From Bifidobacteriaceae bacterium (GTDB lineage Bacteria > Actinomycetota > Actinomycetes > Actinomycetales > WQXJ01): a stretch of 64,000 nucleotides of DNA. Every line of letters starts with the position of its first letter. Position 1 is the first letter of the stretch. Shown here piece after piece: positions 1-9,955 of the stretch. Position numbers and translations under genes: made by a program. The DNA is taken from the NCBI GenBank assembly GCA_031268215.1, contig JAIRXP010000033.1, forward strand, positions 1,404 to 65,403, in the 5' to 3' direction. The notes below the pieces were generated by a model. That model searched no databases. It saw only the letters and a program-made list of their open reading frames with translations, and had not been told where the DNA came from.

Positions 1-1431
1 GACGTGGAACGCCAGATCATGGATACCGAGGGGCTCGAAGAACTCAATCCGTACCATTTCTTCCAGACCGCTTCCCTTTACACTGGCCGGATTGTGGACC
101 CCACCCAGGCCCGCGCCGTGATCTCTCAAGCCATTACAACAGCCCTGCTTGAATCCGGACCCACGGTCATTTCGGTGCCTGGGGACGTCGCGCGCGAGGC
201 CTCCACCAAGTCCCGTTACTCACTTCCCCGGCTGGACACCCAGCCACCACCGGCCACCGAAGCGGACCTGGCCGCGATGGCGGCCATGATCAACGCCGCC
301 GGCGAGATCACCATCATGGGCGGCTACGGGGTCCGCGACGGCGCCGCTGACCTGGCCGCGATGTCCCAGCTATTGGCCGCCCCGGTGGCCTTCTCCTTCC
401 GCGGAAAACAGTGGATTGAAGGGGCCACGCCCAATGCGGTCGGAATGACCGGCCTGCTCGGCTGGGGCGGTGCATACAACGCCCTGCATTCGGCTGATCT
501 GGTGATAATGATGGGCTGTGACTTCCCGTTTACGGGCTTCTTGCCGTCCGGCACGGCCACCATCCAGGTCGACAAGAACCCAGCTCATCTGGGACGGCGC
601 GTGCCAATCTCCTTGGGCGTGGTGGGCGACGTAGGCCAAACGATCCGCGCCTTACTCCCCCGCTTGGAGCGCCGCACCGACACCGCTCATCTGGACAAAC
701 ACGTTCAGCAAACGACTCACTGGCTGAACAAGCTGGACCGTTACGTTGAGCGCGGTCCCCAGATGAGTCCCATCCGGCCAGAATTCCTGGCCGCCACTAT
801 CTCTGATCTGGCGGACGATGACGCTCTGTTCTTCTCCGACACCGGCACCCCTTGTATGTGGGCAGCTAGGCACATCCGGGCCAGCCGGGACCGGCGCTTC
901 ATGGGCTCCTTGACTTGGGCATCAATGGCCTCGGCCTCACCTTACGGCTTTGGCGCCGCCCTGGCGGTGCCTGGCCGACAAGCCATCTCACTGTGCGGGG
1001 ACGGCGGATTCACCATGCTGGCCCTGGGCGATCTGATCACCCAGGTCCGGTACAACGCCCGAGTGGTCAACGTGATCTTCAACAACGGTCAGCTTGACTT
1101 CGTCAACATCGAGCAGCAAGAGGCCGGCTACATTCCCTTCGGCACCGACATGCCGAACCCCGATCTGGCTAAAGTCGCCACCGCGCTCGGCGCGCATGGC
1201 ATCAGAGTGACCGAGCCCGGCGACGTCCGCGGAGCCGTCGCTGAGGCACTAGCCCACACCGGCGGCCCAGTGGTCCTGGACGTGGTAGTGGACCCGACCG
1301 CGCTATCCATCCCCTCACACCTACCACGCGCCACCATGAAGGGATTCACCTTGTCTACCATCAAGCGGGTCTTCGCCGGCGAACTGCCGGAGCTGGTTCA
1401 CGAGGCAGCGGACAACATCCGCTCTTTGTAG
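1..1431 (+). CDS. Thiamine-diphosphate-dependent pyruvate oxidase / pyruvate:quinone oxidoreductase-like enzyme (PoxB/Pqo-like); 5' end lies outside the window
   Basis: The reading frame is open from the window edge. It has the ThDP-binding motif GDGGFTMLALGDL...NNGQL, a central FAD-type domain and a PoxB-like C-terminal tail. Confidence 0.7.
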   Translation, partial: DVERQIMDTEGLEELNPYHFFQTASLYTGRIVDPTQARAVISQAITTALLESGPTVISVPGDVAREASTKSRYSLPRLDTQPPPATEADLAAMAAMINAAGEITIMGGYGVRDGAADLAAMSQLLAAPVAFSFRGKQWIEGATPNAVGMTGLLGWGGAYNALHSADLVIMMGCDFPFTGFLPSGTATIQVDKNPAHLGRRVPISLGVVGDVGQTIRALLPRLERRTDTAHLDKHVQQTTHWLNKLDRYVERGPQMSPIRPEFLAATISDLADDDALFFSDTGTPCMWAARHIRASRDRRFMGSLTWASMASASPYGFGAALAVPGRQAISLCGDGGFTMLALGDLITQVRYNARVVNVIFNNGQLDFVNIEQQEAGYIPFGTDMPNPDLAKVATALGAHGIRVTEPGDVRGAVAEALAHTGGPVVLDVVVDPTALSIPSHLPRATMKGFTLSTIKRVFAGELPELVHEAADNIRSL

Positions 1432-1508
1432 TCACCGGCGACTGAAACCCGTACTGATGAGCCGAGATCCGACTGTAGGGAGAAGGTCTTGTGGGGCCGT
1501 CCAGCTGA

Positions 1509-2384
1509 TTACGAATAGTTGGTGGTCTCCGGATCCTGCCCCTGAAGACGCCGACCTGTGTCCAGGGACTCAATCGCCACCAGTTCCTCTTCGCTCAGTT
1601 CAAGGCCGAAGACGTCCAGGTTGGCGCGCAAGCGCGCCGGATTGGCACTGCGGGGCAGCGGCAATGAACCGCGGAGCAGATGCCAGCGCAGAACAACCTG
1701 TGCCGGGGTAACCCCGTGGCGGGCGGCGATCACCACGCTCACTGGATCCTTCAGCACGTCCCCACCGGCGCCCAACGGGCTCCAGGACTGGGTCACTATT
1801 CCCAACGAAGCATTGTCCGCGGTTTGGGCCAGGTTGGCGAACCGCGGATGGCGTTCAATCTGGTTGATAGCTGGAACCACCCCGGTCTGATCAATCAAAA
1901 CCCGCAGGTAGGTGGCCGTAAAGTTGCACACCCCAATCGACTTGACCAAGCCCTGAGCACGCAGTTCGATCATGGCTCGCCAAGTGTCAACGAACCGCCC
2001 GGTGGCGGGGTTTGGCCAGTGAATCAGATAGATATCCACATAATCCAGTCTCAAAGCGGCCAACGAGTCGTTGAAATCCTCCAGCGTCGATTCATAACCG
2101 TTCGCCCCGGGCGCGACCTTGGTGGTGACCAAGATCTCTTCCCGCAGCAAGCCCGAACGGGCCATGGCCCGGCCAAGTTCCGCCTCGTTGCCGTATCCCC
2201 GGGCCGAATCAAACAGCCGGTATCCGGCCTCAAGAGCATCCAAGAACTGCTCTTCGCCCATGGCCCAGGTGCCGTAGCCAATGGCCGGCACAACCATTCC
2301 GTCGTTCAACGTGACACTGGGGATCTTCGGGACTCTCGCGCGGCTCAAGCTCGCAGACCCGGGCCGCTCATTCGTCGCCATCAC
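1509..2384 (-). CDS. Aldo/keto reductase (DkgA / 2,5-diketo-D-gluconate reductase-like)
   Basis: 291 aa with AKR signatures: GYGTW, FDSARGYGNE (Asp/Tyr), TTKV (Lys), LIHWP (His) and a C-terminal RSANPARL. Confidence 0.8.
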   Translation of the reverse strand: MMATNERPGSASLSRARVPKIPSVTLNDGMVVPAIGYGTWAMGEEQFLDALEAGYRLFDSARGYGNEAELGRAMARSGLLREEILVTTKVAPGANGYESTLEDFNDSLAALRLDYVDIYLIHWPNPATGRFVDTWRAMIELRAQGLVKSIGVCNFTATYLRVLIDQTGVVPAINQIERHPRFANLAQTADNASLGIVTQSWSPLGAGGDVLKDPVSVVIAARHGVTPAQVVLRWHLLRGSLPLPRSANPARLRANLDVFGLELSEEELVAIESLDTGRRLQGQDPETTNYS

Positions 2385-3231
2385 CCGCCAAGATGTCGAG
2401 GTCTTCCGCCGTCAGGGCAACATCGCCGGCCGTCGCCGAATCAATGATGGTGGCTGGGCGCGAACTGCCGGGAATTGGCACCACATTCGGACCGTGGGCC
2501 AGCAGCCAGGCCAGGCAGGCCGCTTGCGGCGAAACCCCGTGCCGGGCGCCCACCTGGGCGAAGCGTGAATAGTCGCCTCCGTCCCGGTAGGCGGCTGACA
2601 GTCCGCCCAGCGGCCGGTAGGGGATGTACGCCAGGCCCAGCTCTCCGCAATAAGGGATGGCGGCCGCGTCCCGCGCGGCGGACGGCGAGTACTGATTCTG
2701 GACCGAAACCAGTTTGTCCCCAAGGATCCCCTTGGCCACCGCGATCTGATCGTTATCCACATTCGACAAACCCGCGTATCTGATCACTCCGTCCTCCAGT
2801 AACCGCTGGAACGCGCCTACAGAATCAGCGAACGTCACCCGCGGATCTGGCCGGTGGAACTGGTACAGGTCAATCGCCTCGACGCCGAGCCGCTTGGCCG
2901 AATCGCGGGCCGCTTGGGCCAAGTGCTCCGGGCGGCCATCAACCAGCCATTGGCCAGAATCCGGCCGGTAATGACCTCCTTTGGTGGCCACCAGGACGCC
3001 CTTGGTTCCAGCCAACGCTAGCGCCTCAGCCACCAGGAGTTCGTTGTGGCCCGGCGGTTCGCCGGGTTGGTGATATGCGTCAGCGGTGTCGATCAGATTC
3101 ACCCCTGCTTCCAGGGCGGCCCGGACCGTGGCGATAGCCTGGTCGCGCGAGGGCCGGCCCTCGATGGACATGGGCATGGCGCCTAGGCCAATGGCGCTGA
3201 CCGTGAACGGGCCTATCCTGCGTGTCTTCAT
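2368..3231 (-). CDS. Aldo/keto reductase (second, distinct AKR subfamily)
   Basis: 287 aa: GLGAMPMS, IDTADAY, ATKGG, YQFHRPD. Its 3' end overlaps the start of the downstream AKR, suggesting co-transcription. Confidence 0.8.
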   Translation of the reverse strand: MKTRRIGPFTVSAIGLGAMPMSIEGRPSRDQAIATVRAALEAGVNLIDTADAYHQPGEPPGHNELLVAEALALAGTKGVLVATKGGHYRPDSGQWLVDGRPEHLAQAARDSAKRLGVEAIDLYQFHRPDPRVTFADSVGAFQRLLEDGVIRYAGLSNVDNDQIAVAKGILGDKLVSVQNQYSPSAARDAAAIPYCGELGLAYIPYRPLGGLSAAYRDGGDYSRFAQVGARHGVSPQAACLAWLLAHGPNVVPIPGSSRPATIIDSATAGDVALTAEDLDILAGDGDE

Positions 3232-5399
3232 AGCGAGTCTCCCTCTCGATTACTCTTCTGGTGGCCGGCCCGGGCGTTCCCGGCCGGCGAGAACTCCCCG
3301 GTTTCAAGGAATTCGATCACGGCGTAGGTCTCCAGATGAGGCACCGTCACAGTGGCCACCCCACCGCGCACATTCCGGTGGACCCCACCCCAGGTCCCAC
3401 GGCTGACTGACACATCCAGACCGCGCGGTGAGTGGCCCGGCCGGTACAGCCTGGCGGCCTTCGCCATGAACGGCAGAGCCACGCTCAGTTCTACCTCTTC
3501 ACGCGGCCGCACCCGCCCGTCCGCCGGACAGACGTCGTAATTCAATACGTGCAGCGCCACGCCTTGGTCCGTCTCCTGCAGGTTGACGGCTGCCAACGGA
3601 CCCAGTTCGGTCTGCACCTCTCCGCTCACCAGCGCGGCGGCATCGGCGACCGTCTGGACCTGCCAAACGTTGTCCAGCGGCCGCCAATCCCCACCGTAAT
3701 TCCCCACCACGACCAACTGCCCGCCGTTGGCCGCGAAGGTGCTCACCGCCCGGTCCTGGGCCGGTGAAACGGCCCAGACATCCGGCAACACCAACGTCTG
3801 GTACCTGGCCAAGTCCGGTGGCGGACCGGGGCGCAACTCCTCATCCGGGAACACCACCACGTCAAACGACTTTGACTTCCGAGACAGCTCCATCAACAAC
3901 GGCCAATAGCTGGCGGGCGGAAGCTCCGGCCGCTCCAAGGGCGCAAAGAACCGGCCCCGGTCGGAGAATTGGTCTGAATCGAGAGTCTGGCGCATCATTG
4001 ACGCGACCGAATACACCACCGCTGTGCGGTGACAACCCACGCCAGTTATCAGCCGGTCGATTTCCTCCAAGAATCGCCCGCATTCATTCACCAAAGCCGG
4101 GTGAACCCAGTATGAATCGGCTACTTCCGTACCCAGCCAAGAACCATATGGCAAGGCCATGTTCGCTCCCATCGCGGCGGCCTCAAAGACCGTCAGCCGG
4201 AACCGGTCCCAATCCTTGCCGCACGCCAACCGTTCATGCAGTGTACCTGTTAGTCCGCCATACGGATTCTCTACTGCGATCAGCGGTTTACCCCGTGCCA
4301 AGCCAACCCCGTGCCGAAAATACCAGGGCTGCTGATAGCCAGTCTCCCTCATCTCCGTGACGGCCAGGTCAACTTGATCCACCATCGGGTCATAATAGGG
4401 GGCGCAATCATAGAAATTCCCAGCCACACGTACCTGGCGTCCTTGGCCAGCCGCGTACTCCCGGATATAGTGCGTCATTTCCTTGAAATACTTGGCTATG
4501 GCAGCCTGCTGCGAACGGGCATAAAGCTCGTACAGCGGGAAAGACTGCGGGTTGTCGCCCGGACCGTAGCCCTGATCCCGCAGGTAGGCCGCGTAGTTGA
4601 AGCTGTCCAGGTCCATTCCCTCCAGCTCAGGTGGTAGCGACAGCAGAGTCTTGGCGTAGATGCGGAATTCATTCATGCAGTCATAACAGAAGCAACCTCC
4701 GTACCGGAAAGCGGTCATGGGCGAATCAGTCTCATCTAGCTGGATAATTCCCGCACCGGCGTCGACTTGGATCCTGATGATGGCTTTCAAGTACTCACGC
4801 CAAACTGGGTTATTCCGATCCGCGAAGTAGCAAGCCTGATCCCGGCCGGACAGCTCTACCCAATGGGCGTGCAGGGGCTGGCCCGCCAGATCGCGCGAGG
4901 CAACCTCTTCCCACAGGTCTTCAACCACCTGGCCGCGAGAGTTCACCAACCCGGAAGGAAAATAGTGCCGGAACGGCCGCCAGTTAGCCGGACCCTGGTC
5001 CCGGCCGAATTCCCTCAGACCCAAGTAAACCGGCCTGCCCACCCCACGCGTCTGGTTGATCGCTAGGACATCGCCCTCCTCGCTCAGCTCCGCCGCGAAT
5101 TCCCACGCCTGGGCCTCGAAGACTATCCCGGCGGTGTCTATTCCCCGCTCTCGCGCTGCGGCGATGAATTCCGAATCATTCACGAACCCGTATTGCCTAA
5201 AACGCGCCGGAACCGCACCAAACGCTTCTTCCTCCAGGTAGGGCAGCGCCACCGAGCCGCCGCCCAACGCCGCCCACACCAGCACGGTTCCCCGCATTTG
5301 GGCCAGATCATCCACCATGGCCAGACGCCTGGGCGGAAGTGACGGGTGCGAACAATGGTCCCGGGGAAACCAAGCATCGAAGTAGACGGCACGCTCCAT
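3228..5399 (-). CDS. Uncharacterised ~724-aa protein; putative glycoside hydrolase with GH42/GH164-like domain order (barrel + GATase1-like domain + beta-sandwich)
   Basis: The ATG at 5399 lies 5 nt after the LacI stop. The ORF-track N-terminal extension is Arg-rich and overlaps lacI. A mid-protein segment, YQTLVLPDVWAVSPAQDRAVSTFAANGGQLVVVGNYG, resembles the GH42 trimerisation/GATase1-like domain. There is a Cys cluster, GGCFCYDCMNEF. The gene sits inside a sugar-ABC/LacI operon. Family assignment is not possible by eye. Confidence 0.4.
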   Translation of the reverse strand: MERAVYFDAWFPRDHCSHPSLPPRRLAMVDDLAQMRGTVLVWAALGGGSVALPYLEEEAFGAVPARFRQYGFVNDSEFIAAARERGIDTAGIVFEAQAWEFAAELSEEGDVLAINQTRGVGRPVYLGLREFGRDQGPANWRPFRHYFPSGLVNSRGQVVEDLWEEVASRDLAGQPLHAHWVELSGRDQACYFADRNNPVWREYLKAIIRIQVDAGAGIIQLDETDSPMTAFRYGGCFCYDCMNEFRIYAKTLLSLPPELEGMDLDSFNYAAYLRDQGYGPGDNPQSFPLYELYARSQQAAIAKYFKEMTHYIREYAAGQGRQVRVAGNFYDCAPYYDPMVDQVDLAVTEMRETGYQQPWYFRHGVGLARGKPLIAVENPYGGLTGTLHERLACGKDWDRFRLTVFEAAAMGANMALPYGSWLGTEVADSYWVHPALVNECGRFLEEIDRLITGVGCHRTAVVYSVASMMRQTLDSDQFSDRGRFFAPLERPELPPASYWPLLMELSRKSKSFDVVVFPDEELRPGPPPDLARYQTLVLPDVWAVSPAQDRAVSTFAANGGQLVVVGNYGGDWRPLDNVWQVQTVADAAALVSGEVQTELGPLAAVNLQETDQGVALHVLNYDVCPADGRVRPREEVELSVALPFMAKAARLYRPGHSPRGLDVSVSRGTWGGVHRNVRGGVATVTVPHLETYAVIEFLETGEFSPAGNARAGHQKSNREGDSL

Positions 5400-5403
5400 G
5401 TGG

Positions 5404-6501
5404 TCACTCGTCCTTTCGCTGTGGTGTGAACTGTCCCGCCGGCGCCGCCGGTGGCGCGGCCGAGCCCCGGACAATCAGTTTGGAATTCAGGACTACTCGC
5501 GGCGCGGGCCCGGCGGTGCCCTGTTCAATGACGAGACGCAGCGCCTCACGGCCCATGGCCCAGGTTGGTTGCGCGATCACCGTCACGTCCGGCCTGGTCA
5601 ACTTGGCCCAAGGGACGTCATCGAACATCACGAATGACACGTCCCGAGGGACTCGCAAACCGGCCACGGATAAGGCCCCTAACACCTCCTCGCCCAACAC
5701 ATTGTTCGATGCGAACACGGCGGTTGGCGGCGGGTCAGCGCTGAGCAACCGGGCGGCCCCAGCGTGCGCCAGTCCGCGAGTAAAGCGGGACCGTAACACC
5801 AGGTGCTCCGCCACCTGGATTCCAGCGTCCGCATGGGCCCGGCGAAAGCCACTCTCCCGTTCGATTGCCGTATAGACGTTGGCGGGTCCGCCCAGGTAGC
5901 CAATCCGGCTATGGCCCAACGCCAGCAAGTACTCAGTCAGCGCGTAGGCCGAACCGGCGTTATCAGACAACACCACTGGGGCCGGAATGGACTCCACCGG
6001 GCGGTCCGCGAACACAACCCGGATCCCAGCGTCCTGCGCTTCGCGCCACAGATCCGCGTTTTGGCCAGTCGGGAACGCGATAATCCCTTCCGGCCGCTGG
6101 CCCAGCATCAATTCGATGTAGTCCCGCTCAACGCCCGGATCCTCTCCCGTGGCGCCAATTATGACGTGCCTGTCGGCCGATGCCGCAGCAGCCAGCACGC
6201 CTTCAGTAAACTCCCCGTAGAACGTATTGGCGATATCCGCCACCATCAACCCAACGTTCCGGGTCCTCATGGAGCGCAGGTCCCGCCCCAGGGCACTCGG
6301 CCGGTAATTCAGCCGGGCAGCGGTCGCCTCGATCCGTTCCCTGGTCGCGTTCGCCACTGGGCCGCCGCCGGAGAACACCCGGGAAACCGTTCCAAGTCCC
6401 ACGCCCGCCGCCGCCGCCACATCCTTCATAGTGACCGTACGGGCTCCTGGACCGCGGCCGGCCGGTCCCGCGCCGGCCTTCACTTTCCTCGACTGGCCCA
6501 T
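5404..6501 (-). CDS. LacI family transcriptional regulator
   Basis: HTH motif MKDVAAAAGVGLGTVSRVFSG followed by a periplasmic-binding-protein-like sugar-binding core. The alternative start at 6429 (MKDVAAA) is equally plausible. Confidence 0.85.
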   Translation of the reverse strand: MGQSRKVKAGAGPAGRGPGARTVTMKDVAAAAGVGLGTVSRVFSGGGPVANATRERIEATAARLNYRPSALGRDLRSMRTRNVGLMVADIANTFYGEFTEGVLAAAASADRHVIIGATGEDPGVERDYIELMLGQRPEGIIAFPTGQNADLWREAQDAGIRVVFADRPVESIPAPVVLSDNAGSAYALTEYLLALGHSRIGYLGGPANVYTAIERESGFRRAHADAGIQVAEHLVLRSRFTRGLAHAGAARLLSADPPPTAVFASNNVLGEEVLGALSVAGLRVPRDVSFVMFDDVPWAKLTRPDVTVIAQPTWAMGREALRLVIEQGTAGPAPRVVLNSKLIVRGSAAPPAAPAGQFTPQRKDE

Positions 6502-6505
6502 CTGG

Positions 6506-7381
6506 TTATCCTTTCACCGCCCCGCCGGTGGTTCCCGCGGCGAGGTACTTTTGGATGAAGAAGCCCAGCACAACCATCGGCGCCATCGTCACGGTGGCGG
6601 CCGCGCAGGCCACTCCAGCGTTCACCGACACCGCCCCCACGAACGATGCGATCCCCACCGGCAAAGTGTAGGTCTCAAACGTCGTTAGCTGCAAAGAGAA
6701 CAACAGCTCATTCCAGGAATACTGCATGGCGAGTATGAATGCGGCCGCGATTCCCGGCAGAATCACCGGAATCACGATCCGGAATAGGGTCTGTAGTCTG
6801 GTGCAGCCATCAATCAGCGCCGCTTGTTCAAGTTCGCGCGGCACGTCCCGCATGAAGCCCATCAGCATCCAAACCATGAACGGCAATTGTAGCGCCACGT
6901 GCGCTATGGCCGGAGCGAGCAGTGAGCCCCGCAAGCCCGCCATCCGCATAATGGCGAACAGCGGCAGCAGCATGGAAATCACTGGCACCAGTTTCCCCAC
7001 CAGGAAAGCGTTGGAGATCCAGTTGGCCCGGCGCAGGCGCAAACTGGTCAGGCCCCAAGCCGCGAATACGCTCAGAACCAGCACAAACACCGTGGAAGTC
7101 AGGGCCACAATCGTGGAGTTCATGAAGTAGCGCAGAAAGTCAGACTTCCCGAACGCGGTCACGAAGTTCTCCAAGGTTGGCTCAAAGATCAACTTGGGAG
7201 TCTTGGTAAAGATGTCCAACGGCCATTTAAAGGCATTGGTAACAACAATCAGGACCGGGATGACGGTCCAGGCCAAGAACAGCGTGATCAGAGCCCATTT
7301 CGCCGTCTGCCCAGCCCGGTTCTTCACCTTCGCGGCACGAGTGCCGGCGACCACCCCCATGGCCCGGCTGGAAGCCACCAT
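6506..7381 (-). CDS. Carbohydrate ABC transporter permease (MalG/UgpE-like)
   Basis: Six predicted TM segments and an EAA-loop-like LEQAALIDGCTRLQTLFRIVIP. The start codon overlaps the upstream permease stop (TGATG). Confidence 0.85.
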   Translation of the reverse strand: MVASSRAMGVVAGTRAAKVKNRAGQTAKWALITLFLAWTVIPVLIVVTNAFKWPLDIFTKTPKLIFEPTLENFVTAFGKSDFLRYFMNSTIVALTSTVFVLVLSVFAAWGLTSLRLRRANWISNAFLVGKLVPVISMLLPLFAIMRMAGLRGSLLAPAIAHVALQLPFMVWMLMGFMRDVPRELEQAALIDGCTRLQTLFRIVIPVILPGIAAAFILAMQYSWNELLFSLQLTTFETYTLPVGIASFVGAVSVNAGVACAAATVTMAPMVVLGFFIQKYLAAGTTGGAVKG

Positions 7382-8280
7382 CAGTCCTCCTTCCCTCTGG
7401 CTGACCCACGCATCAACGGCCCGAACAGCACCACCAGGGCGACCAACGTGATGACTGAGATGGCCATGCCGTAGCCCAGTTCATTGTTCTGGTAGGCCGC
7501 CTTGTACGCATAAAGGCTGAGGGTTGAAGTCGAGTTCGCGGGACCACCGTTCGTCATGCCATAGACCAGGTCGAACACACGGAAGGCGTCGGTACCCCGT
7601 ATCAAGGTCACGACAGCCAGCACCTTGGCCAGCAGCGGCAGCGTGATCTGGAACATGATCCTGACCGGACCAGCGCCATCAATCTTGGCCGCCTCATACA
7701 GATCTGGCGGCACAACGGTCAACCCAGCGGAGACAACCAGCAATATGAACGGAGTCGTGTTCCAGGCATCCGCCAGCGCCACACAGAACAGCGCCCAGGC
7801 CGAAGAGTTGAGCCCGCCAAAGTGCTCTTGGAGCCCCGCCTCGCCGAGCGCCCAGTATATGAATCCGTATTGTGGGTCATACATATACCGCCATATCAAG
7901 GCGACGATGATCGGCGAGATGAACAGCGGCATCGAAAAGATCGCCCGCAAGGCGTTGCCAACCCGGGGCCGCAGGTTCGACAGTATTACCGCCATAGCGA
8001 CCCCCACTGCCAGGCACACGCACAGATTCACCACCGTATAGAGCAGTGTGTTACCGAGGGACCGCAAAGCGACCGGATCGGAGAAGAACCGTGCATAGTT
8101 GCCCAAGAAGACGAAAGCGGCCGGCTGGCCGGGCCTTATCTCATACATTGACGCGTACACCGCGTAAATCAGCGGAACGAACATAACCGCCGCGATGACC
8201 ACCGCCGCTGGGGCGATTACGCAGAATCCCAGCAGCAGCTCTTTCCGCCGCACTATTGGAGTTCTTGTAAACGCAGTCAT
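7381..8280 (-). CDS. Carbohydrate ABC transporter permease (MalF/UgpA-like)
   Basis: EAA loop YEAAKIDGAGPVRIMFQITLP in a multi-TM protein. ATG at 8280 (MTAFTRTP...) is chosen over the longer Pro/Arg-rich extension. Confidence 0.85.
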   Translation of the reverse strand: MTAFTRTPIVRRKELLLGFCVIAPAAVVIAAVMFVPLIYAVYASMYEIRPGQPAAFVFLGNYARFFSDPVALRSLGNTLLYTVVNLCVCLAVGVAMAVILSNLRPRVGNALRAIFSMPLFISPIIVALIWRYMYDPQYGFIYWALGEAGLQEHFGGLNSSAWALFCVALADAWNTTPFILLVVSAGLTVVPPDLYEAAKIDGAGPVRIMFQITLPLLAKVLAVVTLIRGTDAFRVFDLVYGMTNGGPANSTSTLSLYAYKAAYQNNELGYGMAISVITLVALVVLFGPLMRGSARGKED

Positions 8281-8490
8281 AGATGGTCCTGATCCGCTTG
8301 GCCGGTCACAGCTAAATGGTAGGGGCCGCTCGTCGCGGCGGCCACCCGTTGGAGATGCCGCCGGTGGCACGGGCCACCCGGGTCGCTTGGGCCGCCCGTG
8401 CCACCTGAATCGTCCCCCTTGGACCGGGCCATCTGCTCAGGTGTTTCCCACCTGAGGGGACCCCGGCCCGGATGGGGCACCGGTCCTCCC

Positions 8491-9771
8491 CTACTGAGCC
8501 GGGAAGTCCGGCGCGAGTTGCTTTTCAGCATCCGCCAGGGCCGTCGCTGGCGCTACACCATCCACGAATACCCTGCTCAATGCGGCGCCAACGGTATCCA
8601 TGAACTTGGCCGAGCCAGTTGACAGCGGAGGCGGCGTGGCGTTGTCAAGCGTGGACTTGATGGCCGGGATCCAGGGGTATTGCTCTGCCAATGACGCGTC
8701 GTCAAAGAGGTCCGCTCGCAGAGAGACCGGGCCCGGATACGCTTCAAGCATTCCTCGCTGCGCCTCCTCGCTAGTCAGCCATTCGACCAGCTTGACGGCA
8801 TCGGCCTTGTTCTTGGAATCCGCCGCCACGGAATAGTTCCAGGTCAGCAGGTACCCGCCAATCTCTTTGTTGTAGGGCATGGCCGAATAGGCGACGTCCC
8901 CCGCCACCTTCGACTGGCCAGGATCTTCCAGCGCGCTGGCCAGGCCAGACAAGCAGGTACCCAAGGGGGCCTCGCCAAATTGGATCGCCTTGAGCGCCTC
9001 ATCCCAGTGCCAAGACGTGGATCCGTCGACCGAGTACTTCATTAGGTCCGCCATGAACGTGGCCGCCTCAACCACTTCCGGCGAGGTCAAGTTGAGCGTT
9101 CCGTCCGCTTTCAAGACCGACCCGCCGTTGCCCTGAGTCAGAGTGATCAGCATGTCGGCGTTGGCGGTTCCCTGCCGGCCGGCCAACGCTATGCCGCTGC
9201 CTTCAGTCTTGAAGTGCTGGGCCACGGGCAGGATCTCTTCCCAGGTCGCGGGGATCGCCAATCCCGCGTCCGCCATGTCGGTCTTGTTGAAGCACATCAG
9301 ATCGGTCTGAACCGAGTCCGGCAGCCCATAGAGTTCGCCATCCTCCCCGGTGGTGATTTCCACGGCCGTGGGCACGAACTGGTCCGCGACCTCCGGCGAG
9401 GACAGGTGTCCGCCGAGCGGCTCCAGGTAGCCTTCCGCCAGGTACTGGGTGTACCAGTTTTCCGGCACGTACACCACGTCGTATTCCCCGGTCTTGCCGG
9501 ACATGTTGAGCACCTGCTTTTGCTGGAGCTGGGCGTAATCGATCGCATCCACTCGGACTTCGATACCTGTTTCAGCGGTGAAGTCCTTGACGACCTCCGT
9601 CAGCGCGTCGGCCCACGGGCCAGCGAACCTTGAAATGGTCAGTGGGCCGCCTCCCGACCCATCCTTTCCACCCGGCGACGATCCGTCGATCTCATTGACA
9701 CAGCCGCTGACGGCCACAAGGGCCGCCGCCGCCAGCAAGGCCGGGACCACTGCTCTCCGATAGCGTTTCAT
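8491..9771 (-). CDS. Extracellular sugar-binding lipoprotein of an ABC transporter
   Basis: Signal peptide plus lipobox (MKRYRRAVVPALLAAAALVAVSGC). An RBS GGGAGGAG lies upstream of the ATG at 9771. The protein has a family-1 solute-binding fold pattern. Confidence 0.85.
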   Translation of the reverse strand: MKRYRRAVVPALLAAAALVAVSGCVNEIDGSSPGGKDGSGGGPLTISRFAGPWADALTEVVKDFTAETGIEVRVDAIDYAQLQQKQVLNMSGKTGEYDVVYVPENWYTQYLAEGYLEPLGGHLSSPEVADQFVPTAVEITTGEDGELYGLPDSVQTDLMCFNKTDMADAGLAIPATWEEILPVAQHFKTEGSGIALAGRQGTANADMLITLTQGNGGSVLKADGTLNLTSPEVVEAATFMADLMKYSVDGSTSWHWDEALKAIQFGEAPLGTCLSGLASALEDPGQSKVAGDVAYSAMPYNKEIGGYLLTWNYSVAADSKNKADAVKLVEWLTSEEAQRGMLEAYPGPVSLRADLFDDASLAEQYPWIPAIKSTLDNATPPPLSTGSAKFMDTVGAALSRVFVDGVAPATALADAEKQLAPDFPAQ

Positions 9772-9893
9772 GTTGAAGCTCTCCTCCCTTGGGGGCATCT
9801 CTTCTTGGAGTTATGTAGCGGACCGCCACGGGCTAACCGTTCTCCGTCGGTTCCTTCCCGCACCACTGTGTGGGGAACGGACCTAGCTCGTGG

Positions 9894-9907
9894 TGGTAAC
9901 GTTTCCA
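9894..9907. promoter_or_regulatory. Candidate LacI-family operator (imperfect palindrome TGGTAACGTTTCCA)
   Basis: A 14-nt near-palindrome with a central AACGTT core sits about 120 nt upstream of the binding-protein gene. It matches the general LacI/GalR operator architecture. Confidence 0.3.
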
Positions 9908-9955
9908 CTTGAGTGTAGGGCACTTGCCCGGCGCCTGTCAATGGCTCTGCGTTCC

